Below, one piece after another: positions 25,208 to 39,163 of a DNA stretch of 64,000 nucleotides. Numbering within the stretch: position 1 is the stretch's first letter; each line of letters begins with the position of its first letter. The notes beneath the pieces are model-generated. The model was given only the letters and a program-made list of their open reading frames with translations. It searched no databases and was not told the DNA's origin. The stretch comes from Eledone cirrhosa. Lineage: Eukaryota. The stretch spans positions 31,186,001-31,250,000 of the forward strand of contig OZ024743.1 of NCBI GenBank assembly GCA_964016885.1. Reading direction: 5' to 3'. Position numbers and translations under genes: made by a program.

Positions 25208-25422
25208 GTTGAAATTTTTCCAAAAATATTTTTACATAAATACGAATACGACACCCCGTAAAGGGGTGCCGTATTATTTACTAGTGAACCCTTGTATTAG
25301 GTGGGTCACTTCTTCTAAACTTTTATCAAATTTAAAACTTGAATAAAAGGTTTAGAACGGTTGAAAAAGGGGTAAAACGTTGAAAAATACTGGAGGCGAT
25401 AAGATGCGTGGCTTCACCAACC

Positions 25423-25457
<35 letters not shown>

Positions 25458-25473
25458 CAATGATAATAATAAT
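25423..25473. repeat. (AAT)n tract between LINE A 5' end and LINE B 3' end
   Basis: Direct reading. Confidence 0.95.
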
Positions 25474-25724
25474 GATTTCTTTATTAACCACACGGGTTTA
25501 CATAAAGTAGACATTAAGGACAGTGAAAGACAATACAGGATGGTACAAATGGGCATTTCTGCGTGTAAAGAACAAAGACAGAGGTAGTAACAAAAAAATA
25601 ACAATGAAAAATTCCCCAATAGGGGGGAGACTTCGGAGGGAGATTTGTGGAGAAAGCCCAGTAAAAGGCCACAGTGACCCTGACCACCAAGGCAAGTGCC
25701 CTCTCCCAGCTTTCCACCTTTAAT

Positions 25725-28700
25725 TTACAGATACGTACTCAGAGTAGGCCTATTCACTCGGGCCATTCTTGCTTCTCTCACCCATCTTTCAACAAAATGC
25801 TGGGAAGAGAGCACTTCCCTCTCTACCCTGATTTCCCTTTTCAAATGAAATTTGAAAAAGTTGATCAGGGCATCACCGAAGAGGTAAGTGCTCGTCTTCA
25901 GCCCTTTCAAACGTGTCCACCATACTATCTCTTTCGCCATGGCCACCAGACAGATAGAAACTGCCTGCCCTTCCCGGCTAAAGGAAGAGGGCGAGGCAAT
26001 CCTCACGATGGACTCAGATGATAGCCGGATCCGTCCTACACGCGACAGCAGGTGTTCGACATAAACCCAAAAGTCAGCAATTTTCGGACACTGGACGAGT
26101 GCGTGCAAGACGGTTTCGTCGCCCTGCGCGCATCTCGGACATGCCCGGCTGACGGCACCTCCATGCCTGTAGAGTTTATCCCGAACTGGCAAGGCTCCTC
26201 GGTAGCACTGCCAGGCCAGAGATTTCTGGAAGTTGTCCATAGGCCCCGGCCCGAAAGTTCTTCCGAAGAGATTCGCTAGTTGTTTTTCGTCGACGCCTAG
26301 AGTTGCCCCAAGTACGTCGTCGCTCTTCCCCTCCACTAATCCTCTATAGAACACCGAGGTGGAGTTTCCACCGATCACATTCCCGATTGGTCGAGGGCTG
26401 TGAGCGCCTGAAGACATTCCAGTCTCAAAGCGCTCCCTCTCGGTCTTCGCTTGACCCAGGACTGCAGCTCCGTCAAGGAAACGAGCTGGGAAAATTCGTG
26501 TCAAGCAAACGGCGACCACACCTGATCACCGTAGAGGAAGAGGTGGAGATGTCGTAGCCTGAGCGCGTGTCTGCGCATCATCAGCCACGGCATTCCCAGC
26601 CCTCCATGTAGCGGGTGTTGACAGCAGATGGACCGCCTGACCATCAAAGCGCGTCCCTTCCACAAAAAGCGAAAGAGAAAACGCTCCAGCGCTGTCAGGC
26701 GGGGCTTAGGACAAGGTACGACGGTCAGGCGGTAGCAGATGACTGACGCGATGTACGCGTTAGCCACCTCCGCTCGACTTTTCAGGGATAGCTTCCACTC
26801 CGCCCATTTCACCTCGTCCCAATTTTTGTCCGTCTGGAGGTCCGGACCGAACCAGACCCCTATCAATTTAACCGTCCGTCCGTCCAGCGTCCGACGACGC
26901 TGTTGGACGGTGCTGAGCTGCATGCCCACTGACTTTTCCTGGTTGATCATTGCTCCTGTCACCGCTTCGTATTCTCTTAGTGTAGTGCCGATCGCCTCGA
27001 TGTGTTTGGCGTTCGACACCACTACGGTGACATCGTCCGCATATGCTGACACGGATCATCCGCATCCTAGTTCGCTCGGGACGACCCTCAACGTCTCCAG
27101 TTTGTGTAGTAATGGCTCGAGAGTAAATACGTACAAGAGGGACGAGATGGGACATCCTTGGCGGACCGAGCGCATGATGTTGAACGGTTCCGAAAGGTGA
27201 CCGTTCACTCTCACCACAGAGCAGATGTCGCTGTGCATGGCAGCGATCCAGCCTCTGAAGACGGGCCCAAAGCCAGCCGCCCTCATGACTGCCGCTAGGT
27301 AAAGATGGTCGACCCTATCGAAAGCTTTCGACTGATCTAAATTGATCAAGGACCCACCCGTGCCAGGTTCGCTAGCTACCCTCTCTACGATGTATCGCAT
27401 GAGTTGGAGGTTGTCGTGGATGGATCTGTCGGGAATGGCGCATGTCTGCGCCTCTCCCACCAGACCACCAACGACAAGCGCCAACCTCTTTGCTAGCACC
27501 TTGGCCAAAATCTTGAACTCTGTGTTTAGCAGAGTTATGGGCGGAAATTATCTATGTTATCCCCCTTGTTCGGATCCTTTCTCAGCAGTGCCACCGCTCC
27601 TCGGCTCACAGAACTGGGAATTCTCCCGTTCTGTTGCCAGTTGCAGTAGACGTCCGTCAAGAGGCCTCCGAACAAGTCTGGCATCTGTACATTAAAGTTC
27701 ATAGGGCAAACCATCCAAACCAGGCGATTTACCCCTTGTGCAGCCAGTCATTGCCTCCCTTACGTCAGCGGCTGTTATCGGCTTTTCGCAACACTCCGCC
27801 TCAGTGGCCGAAAGCCGCGGCAGTCCGTCGAGGTAGACACTAAAGTCAATCCCTCGACCCGGCCCACCCCTGCCCCCAAACAGCTGAGGGAAGTGTCGCT
27901 GAAAAGCTTCACACATTTGCCCGGGATCGAGTAGCATGCGCCCGTCATGGTCTACCAAAGACCGGATCGTGGATTTGTACCCACGACGCGCCTCCGCCAC
28001 TCGGGCCCATTGAACGGCTTTCGTCCCCTCGTGGCTGAGAGCACGCACCCTAGCTCTGACAATGCAGCCTTCGTGCTTTGCATTGAAGAATTTGTCAAGG
28101 GCCAAGTTCGCCGCAAGCACGTCGGTCGCAATGCCTTTGCTAAGCGCCTCGACTAATTTTCTAACTAGTTCTCCCTCTGCTCTATTTTTCTCTATTGCTA
28201 AAGCCTTACTAAACCTAATCGATTCTATTCTAATCGCTCTTTTCAGAGCAAACCACCACTTGTTGTTGACGATGGCCCCCGTCAACGCCCGCTTAACTAG
28301 TTCGCTAATCCGGTCTCTGTAGGTCTTGCGCGCTGGTAAGGACGCGTTTAGCTTACAGTAGCCGGGTCCTCGTCTATGAAGCCTATCTAAGTCAAGCACA
28401 CAGATCACGAATTTGTGGTCCGTGTAGCTGACTATCTTGAATTATGGACAGCCTATGCTAGACCTATCTATTTCCCTACAAAATACTCTATCTAGATATG
28501 ATCTGGATGACCCTATGCGATTTGTCCAAGTCCACATTGGCACATTCGGGAAATCCAATCGGTACCTGTCAGACAGTTCAAAACGCCTGAGCAGGTTGAT
28601 GAGGCTCTTTCACCCTCCACCCCTATCCGCTAATCCCACAGAGTCCCAGCGTGCATCTAAGATCCCGTTCCAGTCGCCCACTAACACTAAAGAGCGGGAC

Positions 28701-29093
28701 GTTCGAAGAAAGGTCTCCAGACGCCGGAAGAAATCAGGCCGCCCTGCTCCTGTGGGGGCATAGACGGCCACTAGCCTGAAAGCTTGCCCGTTTCCGCTGG
28801 TCACGTCCAGCACCACCAACTTACCCTCTGGGTCCAGGAAGATGGCCCGTATGGCGAGATCCAAACCTCTCCGAAAAAGCACAGCAACTCCTCCCCCCGA
28901 TCCAGGACGGCTGGGAGATACGTACACTCGTAGCCGCCGAAGATCGGTACGAAGGCCCGTGCTTCGGAGATCTGGTCTCGCTGATGGCCACTACATCTAT
29001 GTTTAGTGACTTTAGGTCGTTGAGCAGGTGACCCTGCTTCCATGACGACCCCAAGCCACGCGCATTTATGCTGCCTATTCTGAGTGAGGTCAT
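25725..29093 (-). pseudogene. LINE B ORF2 (APE-RT-CCHC), frameshifted
   Basis: MTSLRIGSINARGLG, LVGDWNGILD, GKSPGLDGLPYE, LDQSKAFDRVDH, SAYADDV, CPRCAQGDETVLHALVQC. Confidence 0.88.
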
Positions 29094-29128
29094 GTTTAAA
29101 ATAGAGTGGAAAAGATGGGAAAGACCAC

Positions 29129-31274
29129 TTACCGTACTTTTGGTAGAGGAGGGATGGTTTTTACATCCCTTTTCACTTGATCGTCTGGTGAAGGGACCGT
29201 TGAATCGTCCCTTCGGCTGGTCGTCGGCTCTTCTAAGAGAATGTCTGAATATACTCTTCGATTGATAGTTCCTCCTAGGTCCCTGAAATCACCAACTGCG
29301 TTGGGGAATTTCATTTTAATGTTTGTGTATTGTTTTTCTGCTATTTTTAGCAGTCTTATGTTAGTTGGCGTTTTGATTGGTGCTGGTATTATGTAGTCGT
29401 GTTGTGAAATGTCTGTGTGTTCAATTTTGTAAGTCATCAGTTTCTTGTTGTGTGTATTTATTGCCGTGCATTTGTTTTTCTGGGGGTGGGGTGGGGTTGT
29501 GCTATTTTCTTGTCGTTGTTGCTGGGTGTGTGTGTTTTGTTGTTGTGTTTGCGATGTTGGTGCTTGTGCTGGTGGTGTTTAAGGTGTTGTTGTTGTTGGC
29601 GGTGGGGTTGTCGCCGGAGGTGATGGTGGTGCTAGTGTGGGTGGTGATGGTGTTGGTGGTGTTGCTGCTGTGAGTCTATTTGCAGTAGCCTTTACCTTTT
29701 TTTCATTTCTTTCCTCCCTTTTCGAAGGCGACGATGCGCTGCTTCTGCGTTTGTGGTTTCTTACGACCTTTTGCCATCCCTCTCCTACCTCACACTCCAT
29801 GTCTGATTCTCTGAGGTCGGGGAGGTGTAACAGCTCCACTCTTTCACTTGTTGTTGTTGGTGATGTTTGCACTGGAGTCTCTGTTGCAGCTGCATTTGGT
29901 ATTACTGTTGTTGTTGTTAATACTTCCACTGCTGCTGCTGTTTTTGATTTCCCTGGCGTGGATATGGGTGCCACGGACCTATCGTTCCTTGTTGCCGCTT
30001 GTCCTGTTGCTGATAGCCGTGGAGCCGGTTTCGGAAAGAGGGAGGTTTTCTCATTTCACAGGGTCTTCTCGTTGTAGAAAGCCCTGAGGTGAGTCTTCGA
30101 TCCACAGCGAAAGCATTTCGGGCATTTTCCCTCAACACTTATGGGCATTTGAGTGCCGTTATCGAAGTCTATCACATCCGCGATAGATTCGATGCACTCC
30201 TAGTTGGTTTGGATTAACATCTCAATGGAGGTGCCGACCCAATCTTCTCTTACTTTTTTTCTGTACTTGCAGTACAGTTTTTTGTCTTCGATTCCGACGA
30301 GGACAGACGCGGCCAGCCAAGAAGGGACCATCCCGGGTGGGGGGACGTGGGTCAGTTTGACCCTCACAATTTTTTCCCCGCAGTAGGAGGGCACCAAGAC
30401 CATTTCCTCGCTCCTTAGGGTCACTAAGGATTGAGCCTTTGCCTCCTGTGGTGTGGCAAAAAGCACGTCTACGGTGGCATATTTCTTGCCTCGGGTGATG
30501 TGTGTTTTCCGCTGCCACACAGACCCTAAGGCTTTTTGTATTTGAGCCTTTGTGGCTCTTTCAACCCTACGGGATTGTGTGCTTAATGTACGGTATGTGA
30601 CTTTACAGTGCTGTTGGGTTTCGAAAAATATTTCGCCTGCCTTGCAGATTGCTCGGTGTCCGGTTTTCGTCACCATCTTCTTCGCTTCCTCTAATTCCTC
30701 ATTTGTTATGAGGATGGTTTCCAGGTTCTTTGCGATACCTGCAAACGAGATTGGTTTTTCTTTGCTGCTGTTGTTGTTGTTGTTGTCGTCAGAGCTGCTG
30801 TTACTTTTGTTGTTGCTGCAGGTACTACGACTACTGCCGCCGCAGCTGTTGCTGTGGTTGTTGTTGTTGTTGCTGATGCTGCTGTTGTTGTTGCTGCTAA
30901 TGCTGTTGTTGTTTATGCTGCTGTTGATGTTGTTGCGGCTGCTACTGTTGTTTTCCTTGTCACTGTTGCTGCTGCTGCTGCTGCTGTTATTACGGCTGCT
31001 ACTGCTATTATTCCTGACGTCAGATGAATGAAATGGGTTTTCGTATTTCCCGCACACCTTTTTCGTCGTTGTCGTCGTCGTCGTGTAGAAATCTTGCTCG
31101 CTTTTGCACGTGATTTTTCTTTTCTGGCGTTGCTTGCGAAAGAGAAGGGAGGGAGAGAGACACATTTAGAGAAGGGAGGGAGAGAGAAAATCTTCTCTCT
31201 GCTGTAGTGACGATTGAGGAAGAAGAAGACGGAATGAGTGGGAGTGACCTATGAAAATTATTTTTCGTAGCCAT
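29129..31274 (-). pseudogene. LINE B ORF1 (gag-like; Asn/Ser microsatellite-encoded N-terminus)
   Basis: ORF pieces 31020-31307, 30200-31165, 29579-29974, 29129-29437; shares RVERATxAQIQKA..HITRGxKYATVD with copy A. Confidence 0.8.
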
Positions 31275-31489
31275 ATTGTTTTTTTGTTTAAAATAAATAT
31301 TAGGCACAAAACCCCAATAAGCGGTTATTTAACCCCGAAGGCCCAAATAACGGGCAGAAAGACCCCTCTCACGAGGAGGAGGGTGTTTTTGTCTACAAGT
31401 TGGTTAAAGTTTTAAACAATTTACAATTGTTATAGCGGTCAAAATTTACAATACCTTACAGAGCCGAGCCGCCGTCAACCATAGCATTC

Positions 31490-31542
<53 letters not shown>

Positions 31543-31543
<1 letters not shown>

Positions 31544-31900
31544 TGAGCAAGTATAAGGACCTGGAGATAGAAATTGGAAAAATGTGGAAATTAAGAACTA
31601 AAACAATACCAGTGGTTGTAGGCGCTCTAGGAATGATACCTAAGGTGATTAATGTTTACTTATCGCAAATCCCAGGAAACCTGTGTATAGGAGAAATACA
31701 AAAGATAGTACTAATGGGAACTGATATATACTAAGGAAGATTCTGTCAATATAAGTACATCACAAGTCTAAACACCTAAAGATGCATGTGTGTATGTATG
31801 TTCTTTCTTGAACATGGCGGACCTTGTTGTCTCTTGAGCTCACTGGTTGTGACTTGGTGATAACTCGTCTGGACATAAAGCAAGATAAATGCAACTATAA
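31543..31900 (+). mobile_element. R4/Dong-like (RLE) non-LTR retrotransposon 3' fragment
   Basis: KYKDLEIEIGKMWKLRTKTIPVVVGALGMIPK..EIQKIVLMGT; flanked by (TAA)n. Confidence 0.75.
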
Positions 31901-32007
31901 TAATAATACTTGTTTCTACTTTTGGCACAAGGCCAGCAATAAACCAGTGCATTACTGGTACTTTATTCTATCGACCCCGTAAGGATTAAAGGCAAAGTTA
32001 ACCTCAG

Positions 32008-32633
32008 GAGACTTTGGCACACATTGTATCCGAGTGTAAACACCTAGCCCAGGCTCAATATAAAGGCTGGAGACATGATGTGATGGGCAGGGTGATCCAC
32101 TGGCACCTATGCAAAGTACACAATTTACCACATTCTGAGAAGTTGTATGAGCATAAGCCAGAGTCGGTGATAGAAAACGATCAGGTGAAGGTGTTGTGGG
32201 ATTTTAGGAAACAGACGGACAAGAAACTGGAACATAATAGACCTGACCTGGTGGTGTTGGACAAGGAAATAAATCGTGCCTGATTGTGGATGTAGCCTGC
32301 CCATTCAACACGAGAGTGCAAGAGAAGGAGAGGGAGAACATTAACCGATACCAGGACTTAAAGTGGGAGGAAAAAAGAATTTGGAACTGCCATGAAGTCA
32401 AAGTGGTCCAGATTCTCATAGGCGCACTAGGTACTATCTCAAATAGTTTCCAAGGTTAGTTAAAGAAAATTGGTCGCGCCCCGCGTTTTGGAACACTTCA
32501 AAAAGCATGCTTGCTGGGAACAGCAATAACACTCCGATACGTCCTGAATATCTGAGGCTGCAGGTAATGGCTTGATATTCATTTCAACAAACTTTCCTAT
32601 TAAATAACATCAATGACTGTGACTCACAGAAAC

Positions 32634-32635
<2 letters not shown>
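32008..32635 (+). mobile_element. Second R4/Dong-like RLE 3' fragment with (TAA)n tail
   Basis: ETLAHIVSEC..WRHD..IHWHLC, VLWDF..TDKKLEHNRPDLVV, IVDVACPF, YQDLK, IGALGT; (TAA)n at ~32635-32680. Confidence 0.8.
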
Positions 32636-32680
<45 letters not shown>

Positions 32681-32821
32681 TGTTTCTACGTTAGGCACAA
32701 GGCCAGCAAATACCCAGTGCATTACTGGTACTTTATTTTATCGACCCCGTAAGGATGAAAGGCAAAGTTAACCTCGGCGGGATTTGAACTCAGAATGGCA
32801 AGGGCCGTAACTCTATGCGCC

Positions 32822-32930
32822 AATAATAATAATAATAATGATTTCTTTATTGGCCAAAAGGGCTGACATCAAGAAAAACATTACAGACGGCATAGGACGG
32901 TACAGGACGGTACGATGTGGTGTCTATGTC
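32822..32930 (-). mobile_element. Short 3'-end fragment of the Tx1-like LINE family in (AAT)n
   Basis: (AAT)nGATTTCTTTATTGGCCA matches the LINE B 3' end (AAT)nGATTTCTTTATTAACCA. Confidence 0.6.
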
Positions 32931-35044
32931 TTTTTTTATTTCTTATATAAATAATAATAATTGTTCTATTTTTGGCACAAGGCCAGCAATTAACCAGTAG
33001 ATTTCTGGTACTTTATTTTATCGTCTCCGTAAGGATGAAAGGCAAAGTTAACCTCGGCGGGATTTGACTTCAGAATGGCATATAATAATAATTGTTTCTA
33101 CTTTTAGCACAAGGCCAGCAATTACCCAGTGCATTACTGGTACTTTATTTTATCGACCCCGTAAGGATGAAAGGCAAAGTCAATAAAAATAATCTTGTTT
33201 GTAAAACTAGAAAGGAAAAGTATAGACAATGATGCATTCACTGAGGCTGAACAGCCCAACACATTTTGGACAGGTGTCTGGGAGCCTCAGAATAGATAGA
33301 GCCATAACTTTTGGTCATATGCTATATGTTAATTCGGTAGCTTTCAGAAAAGTTAATTATTTAGTGTGTACATATTCTAATAAAGTATCCTCAGAAGTAG
33401 AAATAATCAGATTGAACCAACTGCTAAACAGGTAGAGAAGTAAAATCCACTTAGCCTGCAGACGATTTTCATCAACCCACAGAAACGAGAATGCCCATGA
33501 TTTGAAATATATAGTGTGGTATGCTGAATGCAAATACTAGCCCATATGATGAAGGCGACACTCTTCGATAGGAGATTTTAACAACTTATCTGGAACGAGA
33601 AGCGTCGTACGTTGAACATATAGAAAACCACTATGTGCTGGACAATATGCTAAGTTTCTCTGTCGATCTCTGACCCGGATAATATATAAGCTTCATATGG
33701 ACTAAATTGAGATATGCATATTTGATGCATTCCATGCATTGAAACTTCAATATTCAACAATATTGTGGGATTTGAGGAATTAAACCATTCTTTATGAAAT
33801 CATCAGCTCACTCACTCTCTCTCTCTCGCTCTTTTGTATTCTCTCATTTTCTTAATTTCTCTTTCACTCTATCTTCTCTGCCTTCGTTCTTTCTCTCTCA
33901 AAGTCCCCCACTATCTGTCTATATATGTGTGTGCGTGCACTTATTTGTTCTGTGTGCATGTGTGTGATTGTGTTCAACAAGAGGCAGGGAAACAGTCCCA
34001 CACAAACACATATACATACTCACTCAAGCAAGCAAACACACATACACACACAAATAATATCAAAAGTAAATCACGAAAACATAATTCTCAGAAGAAATTG
34101 CAACAGCTATAAAATAAAAACAAATAAATATCTTCCCAGAATTTACCGTCAGATACAATACCATTGTATTGTAAGTTACAATGACAGAATGTGTTCAGTG
34201 AAATGTTTACATATATGTCATGGGTATCTTTCACAAAAGGATTCTGTTAAATGTACCCCAGTCACCACTATTATAAAATAAACAACGTATGTCATGCCTA
34301 TTTACGTATTGCTTTGTTTTGTTTTGTTTTGTAACATTTTTATGAGAAATTGCTATTGTTGTTTTCACCTGTCACATTCGGTATAATCGATAGTGAATGT
34401 GTCAAGCGTTAATATAAGAAATCGGAAATCTATCTGTATTATGTATTGACTAATAAGAACGAATGGAATACATAAGAATCAAAAACTGTGAGCTACTATA
34501 CTTCAATGAATAAAACTTCTAGTTACACTGGAATTGATATTGATATATATGGCCTAGACATGAGTGAATTGTGTCTAATATATCTAGTTGATACTATATT
34601 AAATAAACATCGTATTAGCCAACACATTGACGACTGAGCGATAGATGGTAAGGTTTACATTTAAAATGTTAAGGGTTCCTCCATATTACATTATTATAAT
34701 ATTACAATATCATGAGACAAATAATATTGTCCAACGCTCTAATGGTTTCAAAAATAATAGCAAACCTCGAAAAATTTACATCAGTTGGACTATGAAAATA
34801 CGAAGCAGAAATGAAAAGGTGTTCTTTCTATATAGGTAGCAAACCCCTGTGAGTACAATGATCTAATGTGGACGAAACAAAAGAAATGTCTAACTTGAAA
34901 AATATTCTCATTCTCAACTTGCGGGAAGAAGCATTCCATAGCACATGTTGTATTACAGCTCACAACTATGCAGGTTTAGCTGGCCTCCTCCAAGTTATAT
35001 CTCGTTGGAGGTGTCTTGGGTGATTTAATGATAGGGTCTCCAGT

Positions 35045-35192
35045 CTATCAGCTCATTTCTACAGCTGAGTAAACTAGACCACGTGAAATAAAGTGCCTTG
35101 TTCAAGGAAACAACACATCAACCGGTCCGAGATTTGAATTCACAACATTTCGATTGAAAGCCCAATACTTTAACCACTAAGCCATGCGCCTT
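35045..35192 (-). mobile_element. tRNA-derived CORE-type SINE
   Basis: Minus strand GGCGCATGGCTTAGTGGTTAA (A box), GAATTCAAATC (B-box-like), CCTTGAACAAGGCACTT..ACTCAGCTG (CORE-like). Confidence 0.7.
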
Positions 35193-38100
35193 CACTATCA
35201 TAGTACATACCCCATCATAATTTCAGATATAAAAGCTCTGAGCCAAAAGCAGAATTGCATTTATTAGCTGTAAATGTCGGTGTCTTAACAGATATGATTA
35301 CAAATTAAATTAGTGGAAAATAGTTTTTATATCATGTGCATGCGACCAGTATATGGATATGTTTGTCACGTTTTTTCGGGCAACGTATAGTTTGCCAAGC
35401 CTGCATACGTTCATTAACACAATCGTTCCGGCAATTTAGTCCAAAGGTCAATCTTCCGGCACATCACTTGTAAAGCAAACGAACAGTTGCAAAACATGTA
35501 ATAAACACTCTACAATAAAATATTTTGTCCACAATTATTGCTGCAAAAGCTGATCAAAACTAAGCTCCCATTACACTGATTCTAACAGTACTCTGTCTGT
35601 ACACGTCCCTCTACCAAATACAATCAACACTCAATAAATCAACCCATCTCACACAACATATCCTACAATATCACCAATAACCATAGCAAAATTAGATATG
35701 TATCAAAGACTGTACATATTCAGCAATCAATGAAATAAAACAACACATAGTTTTACAAAATCGATACTAGACAATCACATTCTACATACTTGCCATTCAT
35801 TCATAAACACAAAAATACATATTCTACAATACCAACGTCCGTCCCCAAACACGTGAAACAGATCACAAGACTCACACAAAACACAAGTACATGCTACTTG
35901 AATACACATATTCACATTGCATATATTTTTTAAAAGGACGAAACTATACTATAAGATCTCATAGCATGGATAATATGGCGCAAAAACACAACCCTATAGC
36001 CGCAGCCGACAAAGCTTCAGCCATACAAGTGATGCTCTTGGAAAACACATACAAATGTTGTGGGTAGAAGTAACAACGAAATATGGTATTAATGATAATG
36101 TTTGGGAGAATTTAGCTTCTATACTTTATTCCGTTTATTAATCTAATTGAAATATATACAATGCCTAACATTTGTATGAAAATGATGTGCGTCCTCGGTC
36201 CTTATATAATAAGTATTTTATATAAATAGTATTTTATGTAAGATAATATTATCATATATCGATTTTGCAACGTCTGGAACGAATGTCGTAAATTTTAAGA
36301 TTCTGGATATGTTCCAATCAAATGCTTGCAACTTTGAAATGTCATTTATTTCTGTTTGTTTATAATCTACAAACTTTCACAAACACGAAATTAACGCACA
36401 TTGTCTATGAACATGTCAGCATTTCATATTATTGATTTATCAATATGACACAAGAACAAAAATTTATATGGTGATGCTGTATTTGATGGAATCGTTCTCG
36501 GCTTTTGCTTGAAACTTTTTCTAACCGGAATAAAACGCTGACATAAATGTAATTTCAGCTTACAAATAATTTAGAAATCCTATCAAATCTATGTTTACAT
36601 ATGATGATGGTGATGATTATAATATAAGATCACAGCAGTTATTTGAGGATAGCTTTTATATCGTCTACATTATTTGAACTATACTATAAATGGCGTTTAA
36701 CAGATTTGCGTGATTAAAAATAAGATCATAAAGGAAATTATGACTGATCGGTATACTAAGGATTCCACAACCCACTGGCTAAACCCATATTATATGTATA
36801 ATATCCAAATACGTTAGCGTTGTGTGATAAGTAAATACTCAGAAATGTGGAATAGAAATTGACTGAAAGAAGCATTTTTTTGGGAAGCTGTCTCTAAACG
36901 AAATATCACGCATGGAAAAAGTACACATCATATATGAGAAAACTAGAAATCATTATGTTTCGATAGCAATTTCTCACATTACACCAACATATATATAAAT
37001 TAGTGAGCCATCAATAAATCATCACTGAGATTTAAAATTAAAACTTCAAAAACAGTAACATAGCACATCGGGATACCTCTCGTTATTTGTGAAATATTGG
37101 GATTTCAATTGAACGAAACAAGGCATAGCATTTGACAGTAACGCATTCCAGAGAAAGAAGATATATTATACCCTAAGCAATAATCACTACTATTATTTTC
37201 CTCGATAATATCGCCAGACTTTCTGCAATTATACAAAATGGCCTACCCAAAGTATCAGTGTTGCCGCCAATATACTTTGATCACAGATTTAGAACGAAAA
37301 CCCATATGTAAACAGCAATATTTAACCATTCAAATACATCCTACAATAATGATTATTATGTCTGTATAGCAACAAATAACACATAAACAATATATGTATA
37401 GGGTGTCCATAATGTATTTTTATTAGTTATAAAGATACTGTATGGACACGCGCACGAATATTGCATCACCATAAAAAAAAAATATATGAATGTGTCCGTA
37501 TGCATGTACTTATATGCACACTTGTGTGACTAGTGACTCATCTCTCTCTATCCTTACGGTAGTTAGCTCTCAATCACATGTACACCCCCGCGCATATTGT
37601 CAATCATACATATGCAAATGTATGAAACGCTAAAAGAAACTTCTTAAACTGAGACATATTGAAACAAACACGTACACATTCCTTCCTACCCCCTTGATGC
37701 TTCCGTAACAGTTCAGGAGACAAACCACTTTCTGATATGAGTATATTTAGTTCATCCACAATTATCTTTATTTCATTCTATATTCCGATAAGGGATAAAT
37801 ATTCGAAACACGAAAACCGTTTCTCTATTACGCCGTTAAATTAAGACGAATACATATTGTATTGTTTTTTTTTTCTAGTAAGTGTTACTTTTCATTGCTC
37901 ACATATCTCAGGTGTGATGCGCGTTCCGCGATTGATCAGCTCAAGCTTCGATCTATATCGATCAAGCTCGACTCTGATTTCAAAAGCTCATCATACGTCT
38001 GTTAACTTTATGACGGAATTATTCTCTTACATATAAATAAATAAATAAATACACTGACACAACTGGATATAACACATGCGCAAACCATGAGTACAGCCCA

Positions 38101-38345
38101 CACTACACAAAATGCCAAATCGCTGACTGAGGGGCTCTAAGAATGTGTGACGAAAGATTTTGACATTAAATAATCAACAGTACGTTGATTAAACCAAACA
38201 AGAGGAAATTCGTAATAAATTGAAGCGAATACCAACAGATGAATGTATTTTTTATTGGCAATATGGCCCTCCCTAAGTAAGACAAGATCTGTTTTAACAC
38301 ACGTTTTCAGATAGGAAATTGCAAAAAAAAACAAAAAAAAACAAC

Positions 38346-38383
<38 letters not shown>

Positions 38384-38460
38384 GCTTTTCCAGCGTTAAA
38401 GCAATATACGACTTCATTGGACTGTATTGTTGCTTTGTTGTTTTCCGTTTCCATTTCGAA

Positions 38461-39017
<557 letters not shown>

Positions 39018-39107
39018 AATATTATACAAAAAGTCATGGCGAGTTCTCTGAATCAGTTATAAACATTTATATTTTTTTAATTACCAATAAATTGAATATC
39101 CCTTTTG

Positions 39108-39163
<56 letters not shown>

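Larger units (their letters stand above)
20125..25422 (-). mobile_element. Tx1/L1-clade LINE copy A (intact 5' end, 3' end missing, frameshifted)
   Basis: ORF1 with a zinc knuckle; ORF2 with APE (IGSINARDL, ISET, LVGDWN, YLDRV, IDH), RT (NFRPINLLNAEFKIL, LDQSKAFDRVDH, VRQGCPLS, AYADD) and CPRC..ETVLH. Confidence 0.92.
25470..31490 (-). mobile_element. Tx1/L1-clade LINE copy B, full-length (~6 kb), decayed
   Basis: 5' end abuts (AAT)n at 31491. ORF1 ~31274-29129 (CFRCGSKTHLRAFY); ORF2 29093-25725 with APE/RT/zinc knuckle; 3' UTR ends AATAAAGAAATC + (ATT)n. Confidence 0.93.
31905..33185 (-). mobile_element. Cluster of four partial tRNA-derived SINE copies with (ATT)n tails (~31905-32007, 32680-32820, 32960-33080, 33090-33185)
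   Basis: Repeated TGTTTCTAC..GGCACAAGGCCAGCAA..CTGGTACTTTATTTTATCGACCCCGTAAGGATGAAAGGCAAAGTTAACCTCGGCGGGATTTGAACTC; reverse-strand B box GAGTTCAAATC. Resembles common Octopus SINEs. Confidence 0.75.
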
